DNA from: Rhizaria sp. SCN 62-66
Taxonomy: Eukaryota
Direction of reading: 5' to 3'
NCBI GenBank assembly: GCA_001724265.1
Contig: MEDY01000161.1
Coordinates: 62,001 to 123,496, forward strand
Length of the DNA: 61,496 bases
Below, one piece after another: positions 47,124-58,365 of this stretch. A program made the position numbers and the translations under genes. The notes below the pieces were generated by a model. The model worked only from the letters and a program-made list of their open reading frames with translations, did not search any database and was not told where the DNA came from. Positions within the stretch are counted from its first letter, which is position 1; every line of letters starts with the position of its first letter.

Positions 47124-47829
47124 ATTTACTACGTTCAGTAAGACTGTTCAAAACGCCCCTGCTTAAAGCGTCTCGGTTGTCGAGTGTTTAGAGGGGAGGT
47201 TAAGACCGAAAGGGGAAAGGGTATGTGGGGGTTGTGTGTTGTGTGGTGTCTTAGGAGAGCAAGGGAGTGGTTGAAGAGACAACAGTATATGATGTGAGTG
47301 AGTTTGCCTATGAAATGATGTCAAGTCGAGTCAAATGAACATCTTAGCGCGATACAGGCAGTGGTATGGATGCACAGCTTAGGACCTTGAACGGCTCCGA
47401 GTCGGGAGCAGCGGCACTCTGCTTCCCAGAGCTAAGGGGGTAGCTTTGAGGCATAAATGCCAGATTTAATTTTAATTTGATACGTGAATATACAATAAAA
47501 TAAAGCACGCCGCGAAATGACGGTCTCAGGGCCGTTTAGCAGACACGTTTTGGAAAGCGTTACTTCAAAGAGACGTTTTTTCTCGAGCCAAAGCAGGCGG
47601 GTCGAAAAAATCGAGCCAAATTGAATTTCAGCGAAAGCTCTTGCAAAAATGCCAATAACGCATTGAGACCAACATAAAACATAGTTATATTTATTGCTGT
47701 AATAGAAATCATACGCGCATACTGTTTTTTAAGTCAGTAACCGCGCGGCCTGCTTTCTGACTCCGCATGTTCTCATTGATTTCAGCTTGCTCGCTTGAGC
47801 TTGCCGTGACTTTTTACTGTTGGTGAAGT

Positions 47830-49340
47830 TCACTGCACGGTGCAGCAGCAGCCTTCCTCGCCAGACTTCTCAGCTGCACCCTTTCCGTTGCCCGCACCAT
47901 GCGCAGCGGCGTCGCTGCCTCCCTCATCAAGTAACGGCTCCCCGAGCGCGCCACCACGGCGGTTGCCACTCGCACCGACGCCGACGCCGCCGCGCCCGCC
48001 CGCGGCCTGCTGCTGGGCCGCGCGGGTCTCGGCCTCTGCGAGCCGCGCTTCGAGCTCGGCAACCTTAGTCTTGAGCCCATCGCTGGCCGCGGCCGCCGCG
48101 TGCTCGACGACGCGGACCTGCTTCTCGAGCTGCTTGATACGCTCGTCCTTCGCTGCGCCGCGCTCGCTCTCGCTGCGCACTTGCTGCGTCAAGTCGCCCT
48201 GCCGCTGCGCCAGCTCGCGCCGCTGCGCCTCCCATTCCTCGCCCGCCGCGCGCGCCTGCCGCTGCGCCTGCTCGCGCGCGCCCTCGGCCTCGGCCGCGCG
48301 CAGCCGCAGCGCGTCGACCTCAGCCCGCGCCGCGTCGGCCGCGCGCTGCAGCTCCGCCACCGTCTGCTCGTGCTGCTGCTGCGTCGCCATGGCGGCCGCC
48401 GCACCGCCCGCGCCCGCGCCGGCGCCGGACGCCGTCGCCGCGCCGCCCCCGCCGCGTTTGCGCGCGTCTGCAAGCTTCTTCTGCAGCGAACGCACCTGTC
48501 GCTGCAGCGCGGCCACGTCCGTCTCGGGCGCGGCGTCCGCGGCGGCGTAGGAGCCGACAGTGAGCACGGTGTCGGCGAAGGAGCCCACGCCGGGCAGCGC
48601 AGGGGCCTCGTCGGGGTCCCCGTCCGCGGCCGCAAAGGCGCCCGAGCCGTCGCCCGCGCTGTCCTGGTTGTAGCTGCGGCCCTGCTTGTTCGCGCCAGCG
48701 GCGCCGCCGCCGATCATGTTAAAGTGACCGCCCCCGCCGCCAAGAGTAAAGCTGCCGACGCCAGTGCTAGCGCCGAGGCCGGTGCCGGCGCTCTCGCGGC
48801 CGCGCAGCGCGGCGCCGAGCCCGGAGACGGAGCGCGGCGCGCTGCCTGCGCCGGAGCTGCTCGCGGCAGCGACGCCCCCGCCGCCGGTTTTGAGACTGCG
48901 GGCCAGCCCGGAGACGCCGTTGCCACTGCTAGCCGCGCTATTGTCGGCGCCGACCGTGGTGGACGAGCGCGCAATACTGACGGGAGCAGAGCGCTCTACA
49001 GTCATACTGGCGCTGCCGACAAGCTTCTTGCCGCCGCGTGCGACGGCGCCGTCGGGCAGCAGCAGCGCCGCCGTCGACGTGGTCTGCATGGCCTCGACGT
49101 CGTCGAGCGAGCCAGGACGCAGCCCGGCGGCGCCCCCCGCCGCCGCGGCGGCGCCGTCATCGACCTCGGCGCCGCTGATGTTGCCGACAATCGGCCGCAG
49201 CGCGGGCTTGGCGGCGCGCGCGCGCGCGCGGGCCATGGGGGCGCCCATCGCGACCGCAGGGGCACTGCCGTTGTTGTTGCCTGACTCGAGCAAAGCGTTC
49301 AGATCGTCGTCATCATCATTGGTAGCGTGTTTAGCAGGCT

Positions 49341-49374
<34 letters not shown>

Positions 49375-51555
49375 GTCAGCATCATGGGTCGGTAATTCTG
49401 CGATCTCTTTGTTGTCAGCTGACGCAGGAGAGTCGCCACCGTCCTTGCCCTTGTTGTCACTCGCATCGCCGTCCGCGTCGTTGCTCGTCTTGACCTCGGC
49501 CTCAGCGGTGGCTGCCTTGTCGTCCTCAGCCGCTGCAGCAGCAGGGACAGCGCTCTCAGCGTCAATCGCGGGCACCGCCTGCGTCGCCATGGCGGCCACC
49601 ATCGCGGGCGAGCCGGTGCCCGAAGTCGCGGCAACGGCGACGCCCCTGGCGGCGTCCGCGTACGCGCCGTCGATGCCGTCGAGCGGGATCTGCGTCATCA
49701 CCTCTCCGGGCTTGTACAGCGGCACGCGCGACGACGGCGGCGCGGCCCTGCTGCTCGCACCGGCGCCGGCAGCGGGGGCGCCGCCGCCGTTGCTCGCGGT
49801 CGTCCAGGGGCTGTAGCTGCCACCGCCGGCGCCGCCGTGGGGCGTGGCGGGCAGCGACCACTCGTTGCCCGGGCCGCCGGTGTAGAGCGAGAAGCCGTTG
49901 ACGAAGGGCGACGCGGCGCCGCTCTGCATGAGCGGCGTGCCGCGCGCCGAGCTCGTCGCCGCGGTCGCCAACGCCACCGTTTCGGACGCGGAGGGCGCGG
50001 CGGCCGCGGCGTCGAGGTAGAACTTGTAGTGCTCGAAGGGGTCGAAGGTCTCAACACTAGCCAGCGCGCCGTCGGCTGCAAAGCGCAGCACCGCCGCAGC
50101 GGCCTCTGCGTCGGCGGCCGCAGCGGCGGAGGCGGACATCGCCGGCATTGGCAGCGGCGCGGGCGCGAAGCCCTCCTTCTCGGCCGCACCGGCAGCCGCG
50201 GCGTCGCCCACGCTGTTGCTGCAGTGCGCGGCGTGGGCGTCGCCGGCGCTGTGGCCGTGCATGGCGAGTCCGAGCTGCCCCAGCGCGGCAATGGAGCCCT
50301 GCGCGGCGACGAGCTGCGCGGCGAGCGCGTCCTCGCGCTTCATGCGCGCCTCGATGAAAGCCAGCAGCGCGTCAGGCGCGCGGCCCGCGGCGCGGTCCTT
50401 CTCGCGCGCGTCCGCAAACGAAGGGTCGTCGCGTAAGTGCCGCACCAGCACCTCGGCGCAGTCAAACGCCTGCCGCAGCCGCGCCAGCGCGTAAGGCGTC
50501 GTGCCGGCGGGGATGTCCTGCGAGACGGTGCCTGGCTTGGCCGGGATGGGCACCGTGGTCGCGGCCGAGAGGTTGAGCTTTAGCGCCAGCTTGCGCGAGG
50601 CGTCGACGATAAGCCGCACAACGCCGCAGTCGCGCTGCATAATCGCGCAGTGCAGCGCCGTAAAGCCGCGCGCGTCGCCCGCGCTGGGCGGCGCGCCGGC
50701 CTGGAGCAGTACGCCGATGCACTGCAGCCAGCGCGCGCGCTCGGGGCCCGCGGCGCGGCAGTGGCGTACGGCAACGTGCAGCGGCGCCGAGCCGCGCGCG
50801 CACACCGTGGGCTTGCTCGTGCGCGCGTCGAGGTCAGCGCCCGCGGTGGCGAGCATGCGCAGCGAGCGCGCCGTGCCGAACTGCGCGGCGTAATGCGCCG
50901 CCGCGTAGCCGTTGTCGTCGCGCGCGTTGTGGTCCGCAAAGTTCGCCAGCAGCGCAGACAGGCAGTCGGGAGCCACGGCGGCCGCGGCCATAACGGCGTT
51001 GGCGCCGCGCGGCCACGGGATGGGCGCGTCCGGCGCGCCGGGCTCGATCGCGCGTTCTGTCGCGGCCATCGGGTCCGGCTTGTGCTGCTCATGTGCCAGC
51101 AGGGCCTCGAGCGTCGCCGTCGCGCGCGCAGCGCAGGCGACGAAGATGGGCGTCAGCGCGTAGCCGTTGCGCGCGTTAAGGTCGACACGTGTGGGGCCAA
51201 GCTCGAGCAGCATGCGCGCGCACTCCGCGGCGTTAGCAGTGGCCGCAGCGTGCAGCGGGGTCGTGCCCCGCGGCTGCAGGCCCAGCGTCGGGTGCTGCAG
51301 CGGCTGGCGCGTCGGCAGGTTCGGCGCCAGACCGGCGGCAAGCAGTGCAGTCAGCATTGCGGGCGACTTGTGGAAGCATGCCCAGTGCACGGGCGAGAAG
51401 GCGCCCGGCGGGAGCGTGTTGAGACGGCGGACATGACCCTCGCGCTGCGGCTTGGGGGCCGTGGTGATGAGTGAGAGAATACGCGTGATCGCGTCAGTGT
51501 CACCGGACTCGCAAACGCTCGCAAAGTCGGCAGCGGGGATGTTCACCAGCGACAT
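47830..51555 (-). CDS. Ankyrin-repeat protein with low-complexity linker, C-terminal coiled coil and Cys-rich CaaX-like end, ~1241 aa
   Basis: Ankyrin repeats SPVHWAC, GTTPLHAAA, TPIFVAC, GYAAAHYAA, SAPLHVAV, GFTALHCA, GTTPYALA. Ends EEGCCCTVQ-TGA. Start placed at MSLVNIP because upstream sequence is AT-richer. Confidence 0.85.
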
Positions 51556-52906
51556 CGGGGCGCAGTGCTGCGGGGCGGCGGCAAAATGGCTAAAACAGAA
51601 GGCGGCTGGTTTGAGCGGAGTGAAGAAAGCACGACGCGCGAAGTGAAGAGCGCGCTGTTCTGGTCCTAAGGGGTGCGGAATCAAAATATAAGCAAAAATG
51701 ACGAATATTAGAGCTTTTTTAGAACGTGTTTTATCCAAATCTAAACGTGCCTTCTCTGGTAGGCTTTTTTCAGCGCCAGCAAAGAAGCAAGAAGGATGTG
51801 CACGGTGCACGAATCTGAAGGCGACGTCGATTATTGTTTGGCATCCACAGCAGTATGAAGTTCGATTGTGTGACTAATGAGGTTTTAAATACGAGTTTAA
51901 TATGCTGACACCAGTCATGACATTTGCTTGTTACGAGTATACACAGTGCGACCACCTATATCCACGGGTCGGCTTTTGCGCGATCAGCTCGAGGCGCTTC
52001 GACAGCAGAAACCAAAGGAGAGTTACGTTTTTCAGCTATCATGCAAGTACATGAGTGTAGTGATGCTTTATTCTAGTGCCGATGCGTTATAATATAAGCA
52101 TTACGTTTTTGCATAATAATTTATGTTGGTGACTTCGATCAACAAGTTATAATGTGTTATATCTCATGAAATGTGGATTGAGTCGATCATGATTCACCAT
52201 CATGTTGACCATTTACAGGAGATAATCGAATAAAAACAGAAGTATGTTGTTGTGGAAACTTATAATCACGCATGTTGACACAATATTTTACACTTTTACA
52301 ACATCCTTTGCAATTATCACCTGTTTGTAGTTTGAAAAGCATGGTGTTTGACTCAAAATTATTTGTTTTCTTGGCACATTACTTGTTTTTAAATAACAGT
52401 GGTGTTGACTCTACGTGATGAAAAATAATTGGTTTTTATTCTAATCACTGCTTAAGTTATAGTGTATATCGCAAAATATTATTAATAACTCTATATCTTG
52501 CAAATACACTCTCATGTTCATTCTACGTTTCAATTGGTCTGTGCCCAATAAATGTAAACAGATTTTAACATACACTGAAGTTGTCAGGTTTATAACATAT
52601 ATTTTATTGTATTCTCATGTGCTGCGTACATTTTCTGATGGCATGAGCAGGTATATACGTAGTTTTATTGCAGTATCGCGCGGGGAATAGTCAACGCTCC
52701 ATGAGTTGAGAGTACACGCAGAGCTATGTTTCTCTTCACCAAGGAATTGATTCGTCAGGTCACCATACGCGTCTTATCGCGTAGTGTTTCAGTTATAGCC
52801 CTGGAATTCGTGCTGCCAGTTTGCTACAGCGCGTGGCCCTGGCTCATGGCGCGAGGCTGTGCAAAGTGTTGTGTGGTAAGTTTTGCAGTCGAATGTTGTC
52901 AGACAC

Positions 52907-53261
52907 TCAGTTCTGAGACTCGGCCATAGCCTTGATGCGCTGGGCGCCCTTGCGGCCATCATCGCGGCATGCCTCCATGAGCTGCTGCGCGCGGGCGCGG
53001 ATCTTGGCCTTCTGTGCGTGTGCAATGAAACAGAGGGAGGTGGTAGGTGCGAGGGAAGAGTTGGAGGTAGCGCGAATTAGTCAGAGATAATGATGGGTAC
53101 CAAAGGCAAGACAGAGATATCATATGAAAAATATGGCGTTGTACAGCAGAAATCGATTGAAATATGCGTCTTACCTCCTGAACAAGCTGGCTCTCGAGAA
53201 ACTCAGCAAGAGTAAGGTTGCCGTACTGCTGCACGAGTTGGTCGTCCGTAAGACCGGGCAT
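52907..53261 (-). CDS. 63-aa helical microprotein resembling the Survivin/Bir1/BORI C-terminal helix; exons 53261-53175, 53011-52907
   Basis: A GTAAG..CAG intron yields MPGLTDDQLVQQYGNLTLAEFLESQLVQEKAKIRARAQQLMEACRDDGRKGAQRIKAMAESQN-TGA. The family call is by remembered pattern only. Confidence 0.55.
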
Positions 53262-53762
53262 AATGCTACTAAAAGCGCAATTGGAAACGTATTATTAACA
53301 AGATAAGCGGTTACTTCAATGAAAAACAGTATACTAATGCTGGATTAAGATTTGACGATGAATTGACGCCACACAGTGAGATGAAACATCGACCACCTAG
53401 TAACAACTTTGCTCAACGGCTATCGCATCACATTTTCGCGAACCGACCGGGTCGCAACCCGTCACGCAGCACGACGTCGACAGAGCAGTTCCCCGAGGTC
53501 AACTTTGAGCGTGGATTTCGCATACTTCCATCGTAGATATACGGTTCTTAGCACACGTTCACGATACACGCATTTGTTTCGTTTTAGTTTTCAAAATTAC
53601 ATTTCGAGCCTCGCTCAGGACTCGTGGTATATCCCGCTTGAAGGTTGTACCATCCTAGTATCTCACTCTCTGCTTCTTTACTCTCTCACACCTCGATTTT
53701 CACACGCTAACATTGCTTTAAACCCGTACCACCACATTTTCTTCATACACACAGGAGTGAAG

Positions 53763-55945
53763 ATGGATGGTTATTCCTTCAAGTACGTCTCCCTCATTAA
53801 ACTCCTTTGCTGAGTCCGCTTCTGTTCCCCTTCCTCAGCCCCCTTCTCACCTCCATTACCCTCGCTCACTCTATCACACTGCGTTGCCCTACCCCAGCCC
53901 TTCCAAGGGCGCCGGCGCCGCCTCTGCGGGCGGCGGCAGTCTGTTGAACACGCTGCTGGCTCAGGACCAGCACCTGCAGTCGACAGGCAACTCGAGCTTC
54001 GCCTACAAGGCGCAGTCGCGCTCCGAGGTCCGCCGCCGCGCGCAGGCCGAGGCAGCGGCCCTCAGCGGCGGCGGTGCCACGCCCGTCTCCGGACTCGCCT
54101 CCCCCACTGGCCTTGCCTCGCCTATCCCCGCGGCGGCCGCGGCCTCTGCTGCCGCCGCAGGCGCTGCCGCGGGCGGCGCGCTGCCCTGGGAGGCCGCGGG
54201 CGTTGTCTTCGCCATGCCCGTCGGCCTAGTCTCTTACGACTCACTGGGCGCGGCCTCGAGCCTCGGCACGCGCAACCTCGTCATCGTGTCCGACGGCGAC
54301 GCCTCGGGCAACGGCGCCGCGGTTTCGCTGCTGGTGTACGACCAGGAGACGCAGCGCCAGGACCTCGCCGTCCCTCTCGCGCCCTCGTTCACGCCCGCAC
54401 CGCAGGTCCGTCACCACGAGATGTCGCGCGCATATGACAACAGATTAAAATGATATTTTATTGTCACGCCATTCAACTCATTTTATACTGCTTTTATTAA
54501 ATATTCTTTTATCAATGCACACCCCTGCTCACAACGCAATCAAATTCCGTCGTAACACTGTTCACTCTTTTAGGCCAACCACTACGTGAGCTTCCAGGAC
54601 GCGGCGCGCAACCTGTGGTGCGTGCAGTGCTTCACAGCCGAGGCGCAGCGCGCGCTGCTGATCCACATTGCGCTGGGCAAGTTTTACGCGCTCGCCTCTG
54701 CGGCCGCGGCGCCGGGCCCCGCCGCAGCGGCCGCACGGCCGCAGCTGCTGTCCGCGCTGGCGGGGTCCGTGGTCGCGCTGGATCTCACGCCCGCCCCCGC
54801 CGCGGCGGCCGGCAAGGCGGCCGGCAAGGCGGACAAGGACGCGCCCGTGGGCTCCGGCGACGCTGTCAAGGTGGGCTACTCGCTGCACGCGTTCGCGCAG
54901 TGCGCGCGCGGCGGCGTCACCGCGGCGGACCCCGCGGTCGTGCTGGGCCCCGCCGTCGAGGCCGTCGACCCCGCGGGCGCGAAGCTCAAGACGCTTGCGC
55001 TCGGCCGCGCCGGCGCCAAGGCGGACCGCGCGCTGGAACTGGGCCTGGCGGGCATGCGCCGGGGCGGCGCGCGCGTGGTCGTGGCAGCGGCGCCTCTCGC
55101 GCCCGCCGCGACCGCGGGCGCGGGCGCCGGAGCGACTGCGGGCGCGGCAGTGTACGTCGTCACGCTCGTCAAGGTCAAGCACGGCGCGCACGCCGCGGCC
55201 AACGACGACGACGCCGCTGAGGCAGCCACTCCCGTCGCTGCCGCCGCCGCCGCCGCCGCTGCCGCTGGCAATGCGGACGACGACGACGAAGACGGCGGCG
55301 CGCCGGCGGTGGGCGCGCTGCCCGAGCCCGAGTACGAGGCCGCGGACAACAGCAGCAGCACTCGGCGCGCGTCGCTGGCGCAGCGCATGGCGCGGCTGGG
55401 CGCGTCGCCGCTCGCGCCTATGATGCCCACCGCTCAGTCGCAGCAGGCCCAGGCCCAGGCCCAGGCGCAGGCGGCCGAGGACGACGACGACGACGACGGG
55501 GACGAGGCCGCCGCCGCCGCCGCCGCCGCGGTGCCGCGGGCCCTGCCTGGACTGGCCACTATTAAGGAGGCCGCCGCCGAGCCCGCTGCTGCTGCCGCTG
55601 CTGCTCCTGCGCCTGCCGCTGCTCCTGCCTCAGGCTTCTCCCCACAGCAGCCGCAGCCTCAGCAGCTGCAGCAGTCGCCGCAGCCGGGCCAGTACCCTGG
55701 CTACCCGCCCTACGGCATGCCCTACCCCTACCCCGCCCACGGTCACCCTGCCCACGGTCACCCCATGGGGCCCTACGGCTGGCCCATGCCCGTTGACCCC
55801 GCGACCGGTGCCCCGGTGACCGTGGGCGCCACGGGTGCCGCGGGCTCCGGCGTGAGCCAGAGCGCCTTCCAGCCCGTCGCGGACCAGGTCTCCGCACTGC
55901 ACAGTGCGCTCGTCACCAACGCGCCCAAGCTCTCCGTCTCCACAG

Positions 55946-55978
<33 letters not shown>

Positions 55979-57561
55979 CAGAGACGGGCGCACTGACCGG
56001 CGCGCTGACCGGCGCGCAGGTGCTTGCGGCGGTGGCGGCGCTCGTGCGCAGCCACGGCGAGCTGGCTACGCAGGCCTCGGCCGCCGAGGCCGCCGCGCAG
56101 GCCGCGGCCGCGCGGGCCGACACGGCGTCGTCGGGCGTGACGGCCAAGCTGCTGGCGCGCGACACGCAGATCGTGGAGCTGCAGAGCGAGAAGCTCGCGC
56201 TCACGGCGCGTCTCAACGAGCAGCTCATGAAGGTCTCCGAGCTCGAGTTCAAGATCGCGGTCCGCGAGCAGGAGACGCAGCGCGCCGCGCTCCTCGGCGC
56301 CGTCGCGGTCGCCCCCGCTGCTCCTGCCGCTGCGGCCGCGGCCCCCGCCGCGAGCGCCGAGTCCGAGGCCGCTGCGGCCGCGGCAGAGGCCCGCGCTGTA
56401 GCCGCCGAGGCGCGCGCTGCCGCGGCTGAGGCCCGCGCCGCCGCCGCCGAGGCCGCCGCGGCCGCCGCGGGCGAGCGCGTGACGAGCGTTACCGCCCGCG
56501 CGCGCGACCGTATCACTGCGCTCGAGACCCAGCTCGCCGCCGCCGCGGGCTCCGGCAGCGCCGGCAACAGTGCGGAGGCGGAGATCGCGGCGGCCAAGGG
56601 CGCGCTGCAGGACATCTACAAGCGCGTGGCCGAGAAGCTGGGCCAGAACTTCGCGGCCGCGGCCGAGGGCCCGGAGGCTGAGACCGTGGCCGCGGCGGCG
56701 CAGCTCGCGGCCGTCCACATCAAGCGCGCCGTACGCGAGGCCATGGAGGCCGCTGTGGAGCGCGCCAACGCCAGCGCCAACGCCAGCGCCAGCGCCAATA
56801 CGAGTGCTGAGGCTGCTGCTCCTGCTACTCCGGCTGCGGCTCCGGCTGCGGGTGCTCTGGCTGCGGGTGCTCTGGCTGCGGCTGCGGAGCCCGAGGCCGT
56901 CGCTGCTGCTCCTGCTGAGGCTGCTGTTGCTCCCGAGCCCGAGCCCGCGGCGGAGGCTGCCGTCGCTGCTGCTGAGGCCCCTGCTCCTGCTGCTGCTGCC
57001 GAGGCTCCCGAGCCCCTGGCTGATGCTGCTGCTGAGACTGAGGTGGAGACGGGCGACAAGAAGAAGGCCAAGAAGGGCAAGAAGGCCGCCGCCGCTGCTG
57101 CCGCGGCCGCCGCCGCCGAGACCGCTGTTGCAGCGGAGGCCGAGGCCGCCGCGCCCGCCAAGAAGTCGTCCAAGAAGAAGGCCGCCGCCGCTGCCGCCGC
57201 CGCCGCTGCTGCGGAGCCCGCCGCTGCGGCTGCGGTCTCGGCGCCTGAGCCCGCTGCGTCGTCGAGCCCCAGCGACGAGTATGTCATGGTCGACAACGCC
57301 GACACCTTCCCCGCCGCCGCCTCCGCCTCCGCGCCCACCGCGCCCGCCGCGCCCGCCGCGCCCGCCGCTGCCGTCGCCGCCGCCAGCGCGCCCGCGCGGT
57401 CGCCCGTCGCCAAGGGGTCACTGTTCGCCGACTCGGACGACGAGGACGACGGGGCGAAGGGTGCCGTCGCTGCCTCACCTGCGCCCGCGCCCGCGCCCGC
57501 GCCGGCAAAAGCCAAGCCCGCCAAGGGGTCGCTGTTCGCAGACAGCGACGACGACAATTGA
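53763..57561 (+). CDS. FKBP15: FKBP15/WAFL-like endosomal protein (WH1-like + degenerate FKBP + coiled coil + acidic LF tail), ~1171 aa; exons 53763-53782, 53898-54405, 54574-57561
   Basis: N-terminal YSFNPS..L..LL..DQ..GNSSFAY; QANHYVSFQD..RNLW; FKBP-like VGSGDAVKVGY and GLAGMRRGGARVV; C-terminal SLFADSDD twice. Ends in TGA. Confidence 0.75.
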
Positions 57562-58365
57562 GCACGCACTGCGCGAGGGCGCAAAGGTGCAAGCGACGCT
57601 TGAGCACTCCAGTGTTTCAATGTATAGATAATAGTCGTGACGCTTTGAAATGGCAGTCGACCTTAGTTTACTTGGGGTCTATTGTGCGACTTGAGGGCCA
57701 GTTGTGTCATCTTATTATGCTTTAACACTGTTTGATTATTGCTGTTTGATCATTGTTGTTCTTCAATAAACTTTGAATTTTAAAACAATTATCATTATTA
57801 TTTTTATTATTTTTATGCTGTCATTTTCTGATGTCTCGCAACTTTGTTGTTTCATATTTGTTTCATATTTACAGTAGGCTTATTTATTATTCACAAACGT
57901 GAGTCACGGCATGCCGCAGTTCTAAGACACATCGCAGACTCAAGCTTCATTATGCTTTTACCTGATTGCTACATTCATCATTTTTACGCGGCACCGTACG
58001 TGTCTGCTTCGATCCCCCGACAAAAGACAAAATACGTCTCCGTTAAAGATTTGAACTCTCGATCTAAATATCTAAATGATGCTCGTTCTTAGGCAAATGT
58101 GCGTATATTCATACCATATGTCTATGCGCAAACGTGCTTAAAATGTCATACGACTCAGTCAACTAAAATTACCAAAAACCAGGAGCTTTAAGTCGTACTA
58201 AGCATAACTCAAGAGAAATAGGGTGGATCAATAGCGGAGAGTGTGACAGCGCATTAGGGAGAAGCAGTTGAGAAAACACTTATTCATGACCCTAACTCGA
58301 TGGATAAGCACACGAAGACATAGCGCTTTAACTATGAACTTGAAGTTACTAATAACATGTTGCAC

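Noticed and set aside
44490-47141. 883-aa + strand ORF antisense to CCDC40 (and similar long antisense/shadow ORFs throughout)
   Set aside because: Expected by-product of strong GC3 codon bias on the real coding strand; no recognisable motifs.
49342-49372. (GCA)n, (GCC)n and similar trinucleotide runs
   Set aside because: These encode poly-Ala/Gln/Ser tracts within proteins and are not independent repeat elements.
51960-52700. AT-rich spacer with recurring TGTTGAC-like words
   Set aside because: The matches are short, irregularly spaced and compatible with chance; no array or TIRs.
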